DNA of 20,000 nucleotides from Catajapyx aquilonaris (GCA_000934665.2 KZ538453.1:49137-69136); one strand, 5' to 3'. Counted from the stretch's first letter, positions 1 through 9,697 are shown. Made by a program: numbers and translations. The notes: generated by a model from the letters alone, not told the origin.

Positions 1-319
1 TAGCCCCAGCTTCAGTCCTGCAACAAAATGCGAGCGTGAGAACAGAGGAGTTACTGGATCCCTGGTTGACATACACCACACAGCAGCAATGCGACTCTGT
101 AATTGACGTTGACGTCTGCTTCTGCCCACTGGCGCCATCTACATGTGGTTGATCATCCACAGGCAAGTGTTCCAGAAAAATCTATCCTACTCTTCTGATA
201 AATTGCACTGATGTGCAACCCCCACATTTTTCAGAAACATGACATATGTGTACTTGACGTGTGAATGAATTGACTTGAAGCCTCGCGCAGGCCTCCATGT
301 TACACGCCGTCCTCATTCC

Positions 320-490
320 GACCAATCAGCGTGGGAAAAGCGCGTCACCTGATCGCACCTGATGGCAGTGCTGCAACATGGCTGCCCCCTCCGCCCAATG
401 AGGGCCCTCGTCCAGTGAGCAGGGTAGCCAACCGATTCCTCCCGCTCCTCCCTCCCGACCAATGGGAGGGGTAGGCGCGAAAAGCAGGCG
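320..490 (+). promoter_or_regulatory. Probable NSD promoter: CCAAT-box cluster plus E2F-type site in a CpG-rich region
   Basis: Seen: CCAAT at 322-326, 395-399 and 459-463, CCAAC at 428-432, GGCGCGAAAA (reverse of E2F consensus TTTSSCGC) at 474-483, CGTGGGAA at 330-337. The region is locally CpG-rich and lies upstream of a strong splice donor at 819. The TSS is inferred, not seen. Confidence 0.55.
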
Positions 491-502
491 CCGGGGAGCC
501 AT

Positions 503-592
503 TCTCTCTGCCCCTCCCTCCCTCCCTCCCCTCCCTCCTTCCCCTTCCCCTCACCCCACCCCCACCCCCATCCACTCCCTCATTTTTTTTTT
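503..592. repeat. C-rich homopyrimidine tract ((CCCT)n, (CCCCA)n, poly-T); G-quadruplex/i-motif/H-DNA-capable
   Basis: Seen directly: many C3-C5 runs on + strand, so G-runs on - strand. Confidence 0.7.
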
Positions 593-648
593 GCATGCCT
601 TTTTGCATCTCCCTCTTCCGGAGTCTCTCTAGCTACCCCTTTCTGCAG

Positions 649-818
649 GTTTGCAATTTTTGGCATCCGACCCGCCTGCTTGATGGAGGAGGGGGTGCTC
701 CGCCGGCCTCCTCCCGCGTCCCTTGGGTGACACCACCTGCGTCGTCCTCCCGCCGGCCGGCATCCCCAGCCAGCCTGGGGCCGAACCCCGGGCGAGGAAC
801 ATCCGAGGGCGGGAAGAG
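649..818 (+). other. NSD: Probable non-coding 5' UTR exon of NSD (5' boundary uncertain; may extend to a TSS near 490-600)
   Basis: Consensus donor AAG AG|GTAAGC at 818/819 and possible acceptor ttctgcag| at 648. The first coding exon starts with an acceptor (tttattttag| 5320), so an upstream exon is required. Confidence 0.45.
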
Positions 819-1184
819 GTAAGCTGCCAGTCTGTCGGTTGAAGAGCTCAGGGCGGGACGGACAGGAGGAGGAGGAATGTGGAATTTGACATTTCTGGAC
901 GCAGATGGCCCCCATCTTTGGTGTGGCCAGTTGTGTAGGGCTAGGGACAGTCATGCTTCTCTGCACCCATACGCCTCCAAAGTGGGTGAGGTAGGTTCAT
1001 GCAGGTTTATGTACCAACAGAGGTGTCTCTTGGTGCCATGCTCAGATGAAGCTTACCATGGACATAAAAGTTCAACAAGCGCATTAGGTCACATGTCACA
1101 ATCACATTTAATTTCTTTAAACATGAGCCTGGAGACGACTAGCTTACTGACAAATGGTGACTTGTAAATCTAAGAAATTAGTTA

Positions 1185-1517
1185 CAGTAGAACCCCAACC
1201 TCTGATTATTATCTGACCGTACCACTCCAGCAATAAAGCTACAGTTTTCTCATCAAATGCTGTATAATATACTATGCATTTGTTTTGTATTGCCCGGTAT
1301 TGCCTTATTGAAATTGTAAATACAGCATACAGTAGAGTGTATGCAAAATATATTACATACCCTGTTTCTTAAAATACCATTATATTGAATATTTATGTTT
1401 TTGTAGGCTTTTAGTTGTGTTTCCATAAAGTTTTCTTTGCTCCTCGGATAATCTGACATTTTTTTGCATTCGACCATGCCCTGGTCCCGTGGGTGGAGGA
1501 TAATAGGGTGTCTTCTG
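1185..1517. mobile_element. Degenerate pogo/Tigger-like MITE
   Basis: TA|CAGTAGAACCCC...GGATAATAGGGTGTCTTCTG|TA: imperfect TIRs with TA on both sides and a subterminal CGGATAATC motif typical of Tigger-like MITEs. Confidence 0.55.
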
Positions 1518-2008
1518 TATTGGGAAATACAGAATTTGTTGTCTCATTTGTCGAGTCCAGATAGTTAGGCAAATGCCTATTTAGTTCCTTAACGGTTGCA
1601 ATGGTTTTGTGAAGAGATCCATTGCATAAGTTCAGGGTGTGGAAAATGTAGGTTTTGTAGGGCCTAAAATGGCCTATTTTGTGGTTTTGGGAACTATTTT
1701 GCCTATTCGGGCGTTTTGTGACATTTCTTGCCTATGTGGCTTTCTTTGGGATAGTTTTTGAACTTTTTGAAGAAATTTCGAGACTTTTTGGGCCTATTCC
1801 AGACCAATTCCTTCCGAAGCATGTATGGTTTTTTTTCCGAGTGTTTTTTGTGCTCCTGAAAGAACGTAAATCGTTCAGAAGTAACACGAATCATGTTGCC
1901 ATGACGCTTATGTCAAATATTGTTCTAAATTATCCTCTCATTGTTCCAATCAGAGGAAAATTTAGACAAATACAATTATTATGCAATTATTACATTATAC
2001 AATTATTA

Positions 2009-2277
2009 CCATGTGGACATCCCTCACATTTCCACCCAACAATTGATTGTTGTGTCTAAATGTGGGGGATGTCCACATGGCAACGCACCGCACACTGTAG
2101 CGATAAGGTAATTTTTGAATTTCGCGGGCGGATGTGACATCATGATTTGGCCCAAACTTTGGAGGCCTCGTGAGCCCTAACCAGGCCTCGTAGCAATAGG
2201 ACCTTCACTTCCATGTACTGGTTTTCCACAAGGAATCTCGCTACCTGAAGCTTGTGCGCCATTTACCGACCTCCCTG
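2009..2277. mobile_element. Truncated copy (core hairpin plus right arm) of foldback MITE family A
   Basis: About 2100-2277 is nearly identical to the right arm of the 4672-5237 element and ends ...GACCTCCCTG|TA. There is a central inverted repeat at 2009-2080. The left arm is absent. Confidence 0.85.
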
Positions 2278-2289
2278 TATAAATATTAA

Positions 2290-2796
2290 GGGGGCGCATG
2301 AGTAAAAATACGGTAGGCGCATTTTTGAGGGAATTTTATTTTTTGTGGCGAAACGGATGGTTAATCGGAAAAATCACGCCGAAGGTGCCCTGCGGAAAGG
2401 TTTGGCCTTTACTATGGTACCATACTCGATATGATTGCATTAAAATTGTGGACATACGGGCGCTGAAGCGTTCCCGAATTTGTCGCGTTCCTGCCGCCAT
2501 GTTATTCAAATGGGCTTTTCGGGAATGCCATTTTCCTCTCACTTCAACTCGATGAAAAGGTCACTTCTAGGCCGAAAATGGTAAAATGACGCCGAAGGTG
2601 CCCTGCGCCAGATCATGTCCTATTTTTTGGTGTAATTTTTGTGTCCATTGCTCCATTTTTGTGGCCGTACGGCCGCAGAAGCGTGGACATGTCGAATCCC
2701 CATGTGCTGTCCATACAAACGCGAGTTTGTTTACGTAGTCGCCAAGGGCTCGCATTGTTACCGATTGTTACCGTATTTTTTTACTAATGCGCCCCC
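2290..2796. mobile_element. TTAA-flanked non-autonomous DNA transposon (Kolobok/T2-like, or Harbinger if the TSD is 3 bp)
   Basis: TTAA|GGGGGCGCATGAGTAAAAATACGGTA...TACCGTATTTTTTTACTAATGCGCCCCC|TTAA. Internal direct repeat AAAATSACGCCGAAGGTGCCCTGCG at 2370-2394 and 2583-2607. Superfamily inferred from termini only. Confidence 0.8.
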
Positions 2797-3364
2797 TTAA
2801 AATAGTAGTCATCGTGTATGAATATCCCTTCTGATTGGTCTGCTGCATATTGTTACCGCCACCTCCCCATTGGCCCCCGTTCATTGTTACCTGTATGTAT
2901 TGATACCATGACGCCTCCAATTGGCCCCTTTCCAAGCATTCGCAATGGGTGGAAGAACGCCACAGTCGTTTGCTGGACGTCAACGAGGACACATCTCTTC
3001 CATGAAGACCCCTCTACCCTTCCACCATCCTCCACCCACGTCTTCACTGTGACCTCACAACAGGGGAGGGGGAGAGGAGGGGGGAATGGAAAGTCCTAAA
3101 CAAACCGAACCAAACGGAACATTTCTTTGTAGAATAGAAATTGGCCAAGGTCGGGATGTTGTTTATCAGTGGTGCCAACTCCATGGACGTTTAAGAAACA
3201 AAGTAAAATTTCCGTTTTTTAAACAAGGTCCTTCCTGTCATCCCCGCGGGAAGAGTTGGTAAGCAGTATTGGCCGCGATATTCAACACTGAACCAGGGGA
3301 TAGACTGAGAACGTCAAAAAAAAAGTGGCGGGAAGAATGAAACCAGTGTTTGATCATCTTATAC

Positions 3365-3564
3365 CAATGGTTCTTTCCAACCTTTTACCAACTGCAACAC
3401 NNNNNNNNNNNCCCCCCCCCCCCCGGCCCCTTCTACAACTGACCCATTTCCAGAAATCATACACTCTGTACGGCCGCAAAAATGGTTCAATTTACACAGA
3501 AATTGCAAAAAAAAAGTTGACAAAGGCTTGCGACCCCCCGCAACCCCCAGGTTGGAAACCACTG
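3365..3564. mobile_element. Degenerate hAT-like MITE spanning the assembly gap
   Basis: Right end GCGACCCCCC...AGGTTGGAAACCACTG and left end CAATGGTTCTTTCCAACCT resemble hAT/Charlie-type CAGTGGTTYCCAACCT termini. No 8-bp TSD found. Confidence 0.4.
3401..3411. other. Assembly gap (11 N) next to a poly-C run
   Basis: Seen directly. Confidence 0.99.
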
Positions 3565-3959
3565 CAGAGTTCCATGGACATTTGTAATAAAGGGGAGTTA
3601 TGAGCAGTTAGAAAAACGTGGTCGGAAAGTGTGCATATAATTTACATAGATACTTGTGCGAGTGCATGCGAGAGGCGGTAGAAGTTGTGAATTTCCGTTC
3701 ATACAATAATTTGGGTTTTTTAAAATTCCAAAGGTATGGACATGTTGTGGTTGGCAAATGCATATTTCCCAGCCAATGCAAATGTGGGATTTCACACGGT
3801 TCACAAGGTAGTATGGAATCACAGATATCAGTACGGAATCACAGACGGAGGAACTGGTGGGGGGTGGGGAGCACACATATGATTGGGGGATGGGCTTCAT
3901 CACTGGCTATAATTTGGAAGGGATTTAAAATGCGGTGTCCACCACAGGCTTAGAAAAGC

Positions 3960-4028
3960 ATGAGCGAAGCGAGCGGTTTTCTACGCCTGCGCCATAGAAA
4001 AATTCGGGCGTAGTGAGGGTTTTTCTAG
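3960..4028 (+). mobile_element. Possible Helitron-like 3' terminus
   Basis: GAGCGAAGCGAGC, then stem CTACGCC (3981-3987) / GGCGTAG (4007-4013) ending 11 nt before CTAG|T (4025-4029), which matches the hairpin-plus-CTRR Helitron end signature. 5' end not identified. Confidence 0.4.
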
Positions 4029-4049
4029 TCCTGTGTATAAGATGCTGTA

Positions 4050-4280
4050 GGGCCACATGGTGGCTTTGTGGCCTGCCACCTCTGAGGTCCTGAGTTCAAT
4101 CCCCGGATCGGGCAGAGGATACTTATGTGGATAGAGTTTCGATGGGTTCTCTCCATGTTCGTGTGGGTTTTCTTGGGGTTCTCCCATTTCCTCCCACTAT
4201 CAAAATCCATCGCAGCGCAGGCAATTAATAATTCATACCCCGTTATCAGCCGGCGGCTCTTTAGGGGGGAATTTTTGTTT
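4050..4280 (+). mobile_element. tRNA-derived SINE with V-domain-like body
   Basis: B-box-like GAGTTCAATCCC at 4092-4103. Body GTTCTCTCCATGTTCGTGTGGGTTTTCTTGGGGTTCTCCCATTTCCTCCCAC resembles the V-SINE conserved domain as recalled from memory, not aligned. Confidence 0.6.
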
Positions 4281-4309
4281 TGTCTGGAACTCTTTGCTTG
4301 CATTTTTAC

Positions 4310-4503
4310 TTGTTTTTTGGGAGAGGATAGGAAAGGAAGGGGGCGGCTGTGGCCTGTTTATTAGGAAACAACTCCGGAATTCTCCTGGAGAAACCGTGGG
4401 AAACCACAGAAAACCACGGTTAGAGTTGCCGGCACCGGGATTCGAACCCAGGACCTCCCGATTAGCAGTCGCACGCCTTATCCACTATGCCAACCTGCTT
4501 CGG
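4310..4503 (-). mobile_element. tRNA-derived SINE (minus strand)
   Basis: The reverse complement reads A-box TGGCATAGTGG, B-box GGTTCGAATCC, then GTGGTTTTCTGTGGTTTCCCAC...CCAGG...GGCCACAGCCG...CCTTCC, a body type common in arthropod tRNA SINEs. Confidence 0.75.
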
Positions 4504-4583
4504 TTGCAGCGCAGGCAATGATTAAGACAGTTTACGAAACGCTGATCCCCTAAAAAGCCCAAGGAGGCCTATCACGGGGTATC

Positions 4584-4597
4584 TATTATTGTTGTTA

Positions 4598-4634
<37 letters not shown>

Positions 4635-4670
4635 GATTCTTCTTCTTATTATTATTATTCTTATTATTAT
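4584..4670. repeat. (TTA)n microsatellite with TTG/TTC interruptions
   Basis: Seen directly. Its last TA is the target site of the adjacent MITE. Confidence 0.95.
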
Positions 4671-4671
4671 A

Positions 4672-5237
4672 CAGGGTGGTCAGTAAATGGCGCACAAGCT
4701 TCAGGTAGCGAGATTCCTTGTGAAAAACGAGTATATGGAAGTGAAGGTCATATTGCTCTACAAGGCCTGGTTAGGGCTCATGAGGCCTCCAAAGTTTGAG
4801 CCAAATCATGACGTCACATCCGCTCGCGAAATTCAAAGACTACCGTATCGCTGCTGTACGCGGTGTGTTGCTAGGCGTTGCCATGTTAATATCCCCCACA
4901 TGTTCACCAAACAATGGAACCGTATAAAGTCGCAGGGACGTTGCCATACCGTCGTCCCCGCGAGTTTATACGACGGTATGGCAACGTCCCTGAGAGTTTA
5001 TACGGTCCCATTGTTTGGTGAACATGTGGGGGTTGTCAACATGGTAGCGCCTAGCAACACACCACTTACGGTAGCGATACAGTAGGTAGTGTTTGAATTT
5101 TGCGGGCGGATGTGACGTCATGATTTGGCCCAAATTTTGGAGGCCTCGTAGAGCAATATGACCTTCACTTCCATATACTGGTTTTTCACAAGGAATCTCG
5201 CTACCAGAAGCTTGTGCGCCATTTACCGACCACCCTG
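4672..5237. mobile_element. Complete foldback MITE family A, Tc1/mariner-type (566 bp, almost wholly palindromic)
   Basis: TA|CAGGGTGGTC...GACCACCCTG|TA. The arms of about 270-280 bp pair up to a ~14-nt loop at ~4956-4969. The right arm lacks a ~20-nt segment between AGGCCT repeats that the left arm and the 2009-2277 copy retain. Confidence 0.92.
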
Positions 5238-5344
5238 TATAAGATATGTAGAATGAAGGGTGATAGGTTACTTTTATTCACTGACTAACTATATCTATTT
5301 CCTTTTGAAATTTATTTTAGGAGTAACACTGGACATAAGAAGTT

Positions 5345-7916
5345 ATGAAGGATGTAACCAAATTGGAGCCAGTCAGGATGAAAGATGGTATCAAACCAGT
5401 GCACAAGGAAGTAGAAGATCCAGACCATCACAAGGCAGAAGTAGTGGTAACCAACGGTATCCTACTGCAACATCCAAAGGAAGAAGAAAACGGATTGAAA
5501 ACACACAGGGAAAGACGTCATCGGCGATCTGAGACTTCCCAGGTTCTTTTAGAGCCTGCCAGTGAAGATGGTGAGAAGATTGGTAACCTTGGACTGTCAC
5601 CAACAAATCACAACCTTCACACATGTAAGTCTGAACAGGAATTGAACTTGACCTCTCCTGAAGATGTTCATGTTCTTTGTGACTCTTCTGTAATGAGAAG
5701 CCGATATGGGCGGATACACAAACCCAAGGTAGCAGCTGACTTCCTTACAATGAATAGTCACATAGAGGCTATCCTATCGCCTACAACTAGGAAAACAAAT
5801 ATGAAGAAAGGCAAAAATGGAGAAGTACCGTTGGATATTGAGATTACCAACATTTTGAGAAGCCATGACCCATCTGCCAAGGTATCCGTGTTAAAAATCT
5901 CAAGTTCACCTGTACAGTCTTTGTTGAAGACACCTGATACATCTGGAGAGGTGGCCACATTGAAAAGTTCTGACCAACATGCAGGGGTTTTCACATTGAA
6001 CAACTGCAGTTCAACTGCAGAGGACTCTGTATTGAAGAAATTAGACCCACCCACAAAAATTAATACATTGATGATAGCTGACCTTTCTGCAAGGGATACC
6101 ACATTGAAGGATTCTGAGCTGCCTTCAGGTGATGCCATGTTGAAGATGCTTGAAATGCTGTCTGGGGAAGACGCAGTGAATGAATATGATTCATTACCAG
6201 ATGTTGACACATTGAAGACACTTGACTCACCTGCAGTGGATGCCACCGTGAAAATATCTGGTTCACCTGCAAAGGATGTTGCATTGAAACTTGACTTGCA
6301 TGCGGAGGATACTGCTGAGAAGCTACCTGATACAACAGCAGGGGATTCAGCAGGAACGCCATCAGACATTACAGTAGAGGATGTAACATTAAAGAAGCCT
6401 GGCATGGATGTGGAGATTTCCAACACTTCATACCTTGACAATCCTGCTAAGATTACCATTACAGTGAGTTCCAAATCAGACTGTGAGAGAGATTACAAAC
6501 CAACTCAACAAGTGACAGTAGCAACTGAATGGATTCTAGGTGACCTTGTTTGGGCGCACATGCGTGGTTATCCATATTGGGCTGCTGTTGTGGCAGAAGA
6601 TGCTAGTGTGGGTGTGTTTCGTCGTGGCCGGTTTGGAACAACCCAGATTCACGTGCATTTTCTTGGACCTGATGCAGAACATGGCTGGGTAAGGGAATCT
6701 GGCCTGATGGAGTTTAAAGGTGTGGCCCAATTCCATAAAGGCAGATGTGAAGTAGCTGCAAGTAAGAGGATAGGACCAAATGGAAAACCAATCTCAGTAG
6801 CTCCATTCAAGGTGGCTAACACACTAAGATACAAGTGGGATGAAGCTGTGAGAGATGCTGAGCATATTGGGGATTTTGATAGGGAGCAGAGGGTAGCATT
6901 TTGTGCTGAGAGGGAGGCAAGTGTACCACATTGGAATAACATTACCAGCTCATCCCAAAAACAATCTGGAAGGCAAAAGAAACAGGATGGGCCTAAGAAA
7001 TATGCATCTTGGAAGACTGGTGGCAGCCAAAGGAAAGTTAGCGCTCAGAAGCAAGACAGTAGTCAAACTCCAGGTAATGACCTATCAGAAGATGTTTTCC
7101 AGAAGCAAGAGGGCAACCTGAAGTTGAATGGCCTGGTTGACACAGCTAGTGTTCTAGGTGATGCTAGTGTTGAGGAGCGAGAAGCCAACAGTTCTAATCC
7201 AACTGCCACTTCAGTGGATGAGTCATCCTCCAAAACATCAAAGCGTATGCGGTATCTATCTCCAGCTGGAGATGGCGATACACGTGGAAAAGATTCTATT
7301 GCAAGTAAACCTGCAAAAAGGGCCCGTAGATCACTACTGACAAAAGCCAAAATTGAAAGGGCTTTCCAGATGTATGTTGAAGAGCAGCACAACTTCTTTC
7401 TGGAAGAGCACCCTGAGACTGGAAGCAATGAGAAGGAGATGGTGAGACATCTCCGTATGGATTGGGATGCCATGGGAGAGGATCTCCAAATGGAGTATGT
7501 TGCAAAGGATGCCCTGAGAATAGCAGAAGCAAAGGGAAAGGAAGTGGCAACAAGACGAAAGAGGGGCTGGGCTAGTGGGCAGAGAGGGAGGAAGCAAAAG
7601 TATTGCAGCAGTGATGAAGATGGGGAGGAATGGGGAAGTAATGGGGAAGAAGAAACCAAAAGTAGGCCTAAGAGGATGGGAAGGCCACCAAATAGACTGG
7701 GAGCAGGTGGGAGTGGAGGAAACAAGGAGAGGAAAGATGACAATGTGGAGGGAGTAAATGAAGAGGATAGCCAGGAGGTGGAAGAAGCAAGCCTGTTTGA
7801 TGAAGATGAGAGCCAACATGAGGAAGATGACAGTCAGCCTGAGAGTACCTTTTTTCTGATGAAGGAGGGCAAGTCACCATGGTACTGCTATGTCTGCCAG
7901 ATTTGTGAGAAACTTG
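5345..7916 (+). CDS. NSD: NSD histone H3K36 methyltransferase, coding exon 1: N-terminal region, PWWP1, HMG-box-like, start of PHD1
   Basis: Acceptor tttattttag|5321 with an in-frame TAA at 5324 before ATG 5345. PWWP1 GDLVWAHMRGYPYWAAVV...HVHFLG...HGWV. Ends CQICEKL with donor G|GTAAGT at 7917 (phase 1). Confidence 0.92.
5888..6403 (+). repeat. Degenerate 36-nt / 12-aa coding tandem repeat (~14 units)
   Basis: Recurring xLKxxDxPxxDx units, with ACATTGAA-like DNA motifs at ~36-nt spacing. Confidence 0.75.
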
Positions 7917-8046
7917 GTAAGTAATATTCATCTGCCCTGAGATGGTTATTTTAATCCAAGGCGAAATACGCGGGGTAGATCAGATAACTGGGATATACGA
8001 GTATTTGAGGAGTAACTTGCAGAGGTTTCTTGTGGCTTTTCTTTAA

Positions 8047-8553
8047 AGGGACACTCCACTCAAAATGCAAGTTGGGCTCTAAAAATCGGGCAAGAAATCC
8101 TGATTCCGAGTGTATCAGCAGTTTTTCTGAGAGACGAACGGTAAGGCCAGAGCGAGCCGTCAAAGTTAGGCCATTCGAATCTGGCGCAAAACAGCAGCGC
8201 CTCCTCCGGGACTGCCCGGGACTGGGCAGAAATTTGGATATTCTTGCGCCATCTTGATCCACGCCATGGTCCGCGCCATCTTTGGTCCGTCCCACAGGTT
8301 TATCCCGCCACCTCTTGACCCGACCCGACTTTCAGCACTGTATCACTTTCGCCTAGTGCCCGGTGGCGGCGCTCACGGCGGTGGCGGACTGGGCTGGCGG
8401 GGCAGCTCATTAGCAGACGACGCAAATTCTGAGTCTTTAACGCCTCGTCCTGGCTTTTCTGTTCCGCGTAGAAAAAAACCGATTGCACCTTCGGAATCAG
8501 GATTTTTTGCCCGATTTTTAGAGCCCAACTTGCATTTTGAGTGGAGTGTCCCT
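8047..8553. mobile_element. TTAA-flanked MITE with ~63-bp TIRs (Kolobok/T2-like)
   Basis: TTAA|AGGGACACTCCACTCAAAATGCAAGTTGGGCTCTAAAAATCGGGCAA...TTGCCCGATTTTTAGAGCCCAACTTGCATTTTGAGTGGAGTGTCCCT|TTAA. TIRs are near-perfect and the interior is CpG-rich. Confidence 0.9.
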
Positions 8554-8864
8554 TTAAAGGAAGGGTTTATTCATTGTGCATGTTGGGGTCTACAATCAGA
8601 AAAGACTACCTGTTTTCAAGGATGTTGTCCATTTGGATCCTATTTTTCAATCCTTCAGCCCTTGTGATAATGACCTCTCAAATATTACAGAGCCTGGAAA
8701 GTGTTTCACAAGCATGTCTAAACTGCTCAGGAGGTATAAAGAAAAATATGGGTCGTGACTCGATCTAACCCTTGCATGTGGCCTACATACATATTGCTTC
8801 ATGTGATAGTTCTTAAGACTAAAAACAACAGGTGATCTGACTTTTATATATGTCATCTTTGCAG

Positions 8865-9697
8865 TGAGGCGCAATGGTGAATTGTGTCGGTGCAAGGGTG
8901 AGTGTCTGAATTATTTCCACCGATCTTGTCTGGAGGGCATCGACGGCAGTGAGAAAGACGACTTTCAGTGTAGAGAGTGTCGTACAGACTCACACCTGTG
9001 TTTTGTGTGTAAGAAAAGAGAAGGTGACGCCAAACCTGTTCGCTGCTCATTGAGGAAATGTGGACGGTACTATCATGAGGATTGTTTGTCACCATCAGAG
9101 TGGCCACAGGAACGACCTAAAAGAGTCTGTCCATTGCATGTATGCCATACATGCTCAGTGGAGGATCGTGGTGGGAAACCAACCATGCGTGATGTAGTGA
9201 AGCCAATCATTCGATGTGTGCGGTGTCCAACTGCATACCATGCAGATGTCCATTGTCTAGCAGCTGGCTCTTTCCCCATTACTCCATGGCATATTTTGTG
9301 TCCAAAGCATATTTGGGAGGTTGAAGATGGAAAGCGAAAGTCTCTCACAGCTCATGTTAATGTCAGCTGGTGCTTTAGGTGCTCAAAAGGAGGCAGCTTG
9401 ATCTGCTGTGAAAGGTGCCCTGCTGCTTTCCATCCTGGCTGCCTGGACATTAAGCTTCCTGAAGGCAGCTTTTTTTGTGAGGATTGCCAAGCAGGGAAAG
9501 TCTATGTGCATGGTGATGTGGTGTGGGTCAAGCTGGGTAACTACAGGTGGTGGCCAGCGAGGATTAGAGCCCCTGAGCGGATTCCAGATAACATCAAGGC
9601 TCTGAAGCATGATGTGGGAGAGTTTGCAGTTGAGTTTTTTGGATCACATGACTTCTACTGGGTCAACCATGGAAGAGTCTTCTCGTATCAGGATGGG
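8865..9697 (+). CDS. NSD: NSD coding exon 2: rest of PHD1, PHD2-4 and PWWP2
   Basis: Acceptor tctttgcag|; G+TG=Val restores the frame. Motifs CPLHVCHTC, CVRCPTAYH, HVNVSWCFRC, CERCPAAFH and VWVKLGNYRWWP are NSD hallmarks. Donor GGG|GTCAGT (phase 0). Confidence 0.96.

Noticed and set aside
2830..3100. Reverse CCAAT motifs and a purine/pyrimidine-skewed tract as an alternative promoter
   Set aside because: Spacing is irregular, no clear exon or donor was identified, and it lies among repeat debris.
4430..4503. tRNA-like sequence on the minus strand
   Set aside because: The acceptor stem is not convincing and it runs directly into a SINE body, so it is treated as a SINE head.
4687..5085. 132-aa ORF, plus similar ORFs at 7951-8667 and 11999-13523
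   Set aside because: These lie within non-autonomous MITEs, with mirrored peptides arising from the TIRs and no transposase motifs.
5758..7819. Long antisense ORFs (238, 226 and 161 aa)
   Set aside because: They are shadows of the NSD exon with low-complexity translations and no independent signals.
8621..8758. Possible extra exon after tgttttcaag (ORF 8576-8758)
   Set aside because: Direct splicing 7916->8865 already gives an in-frame intact PHD1, and the peptide has no recognisable homology.
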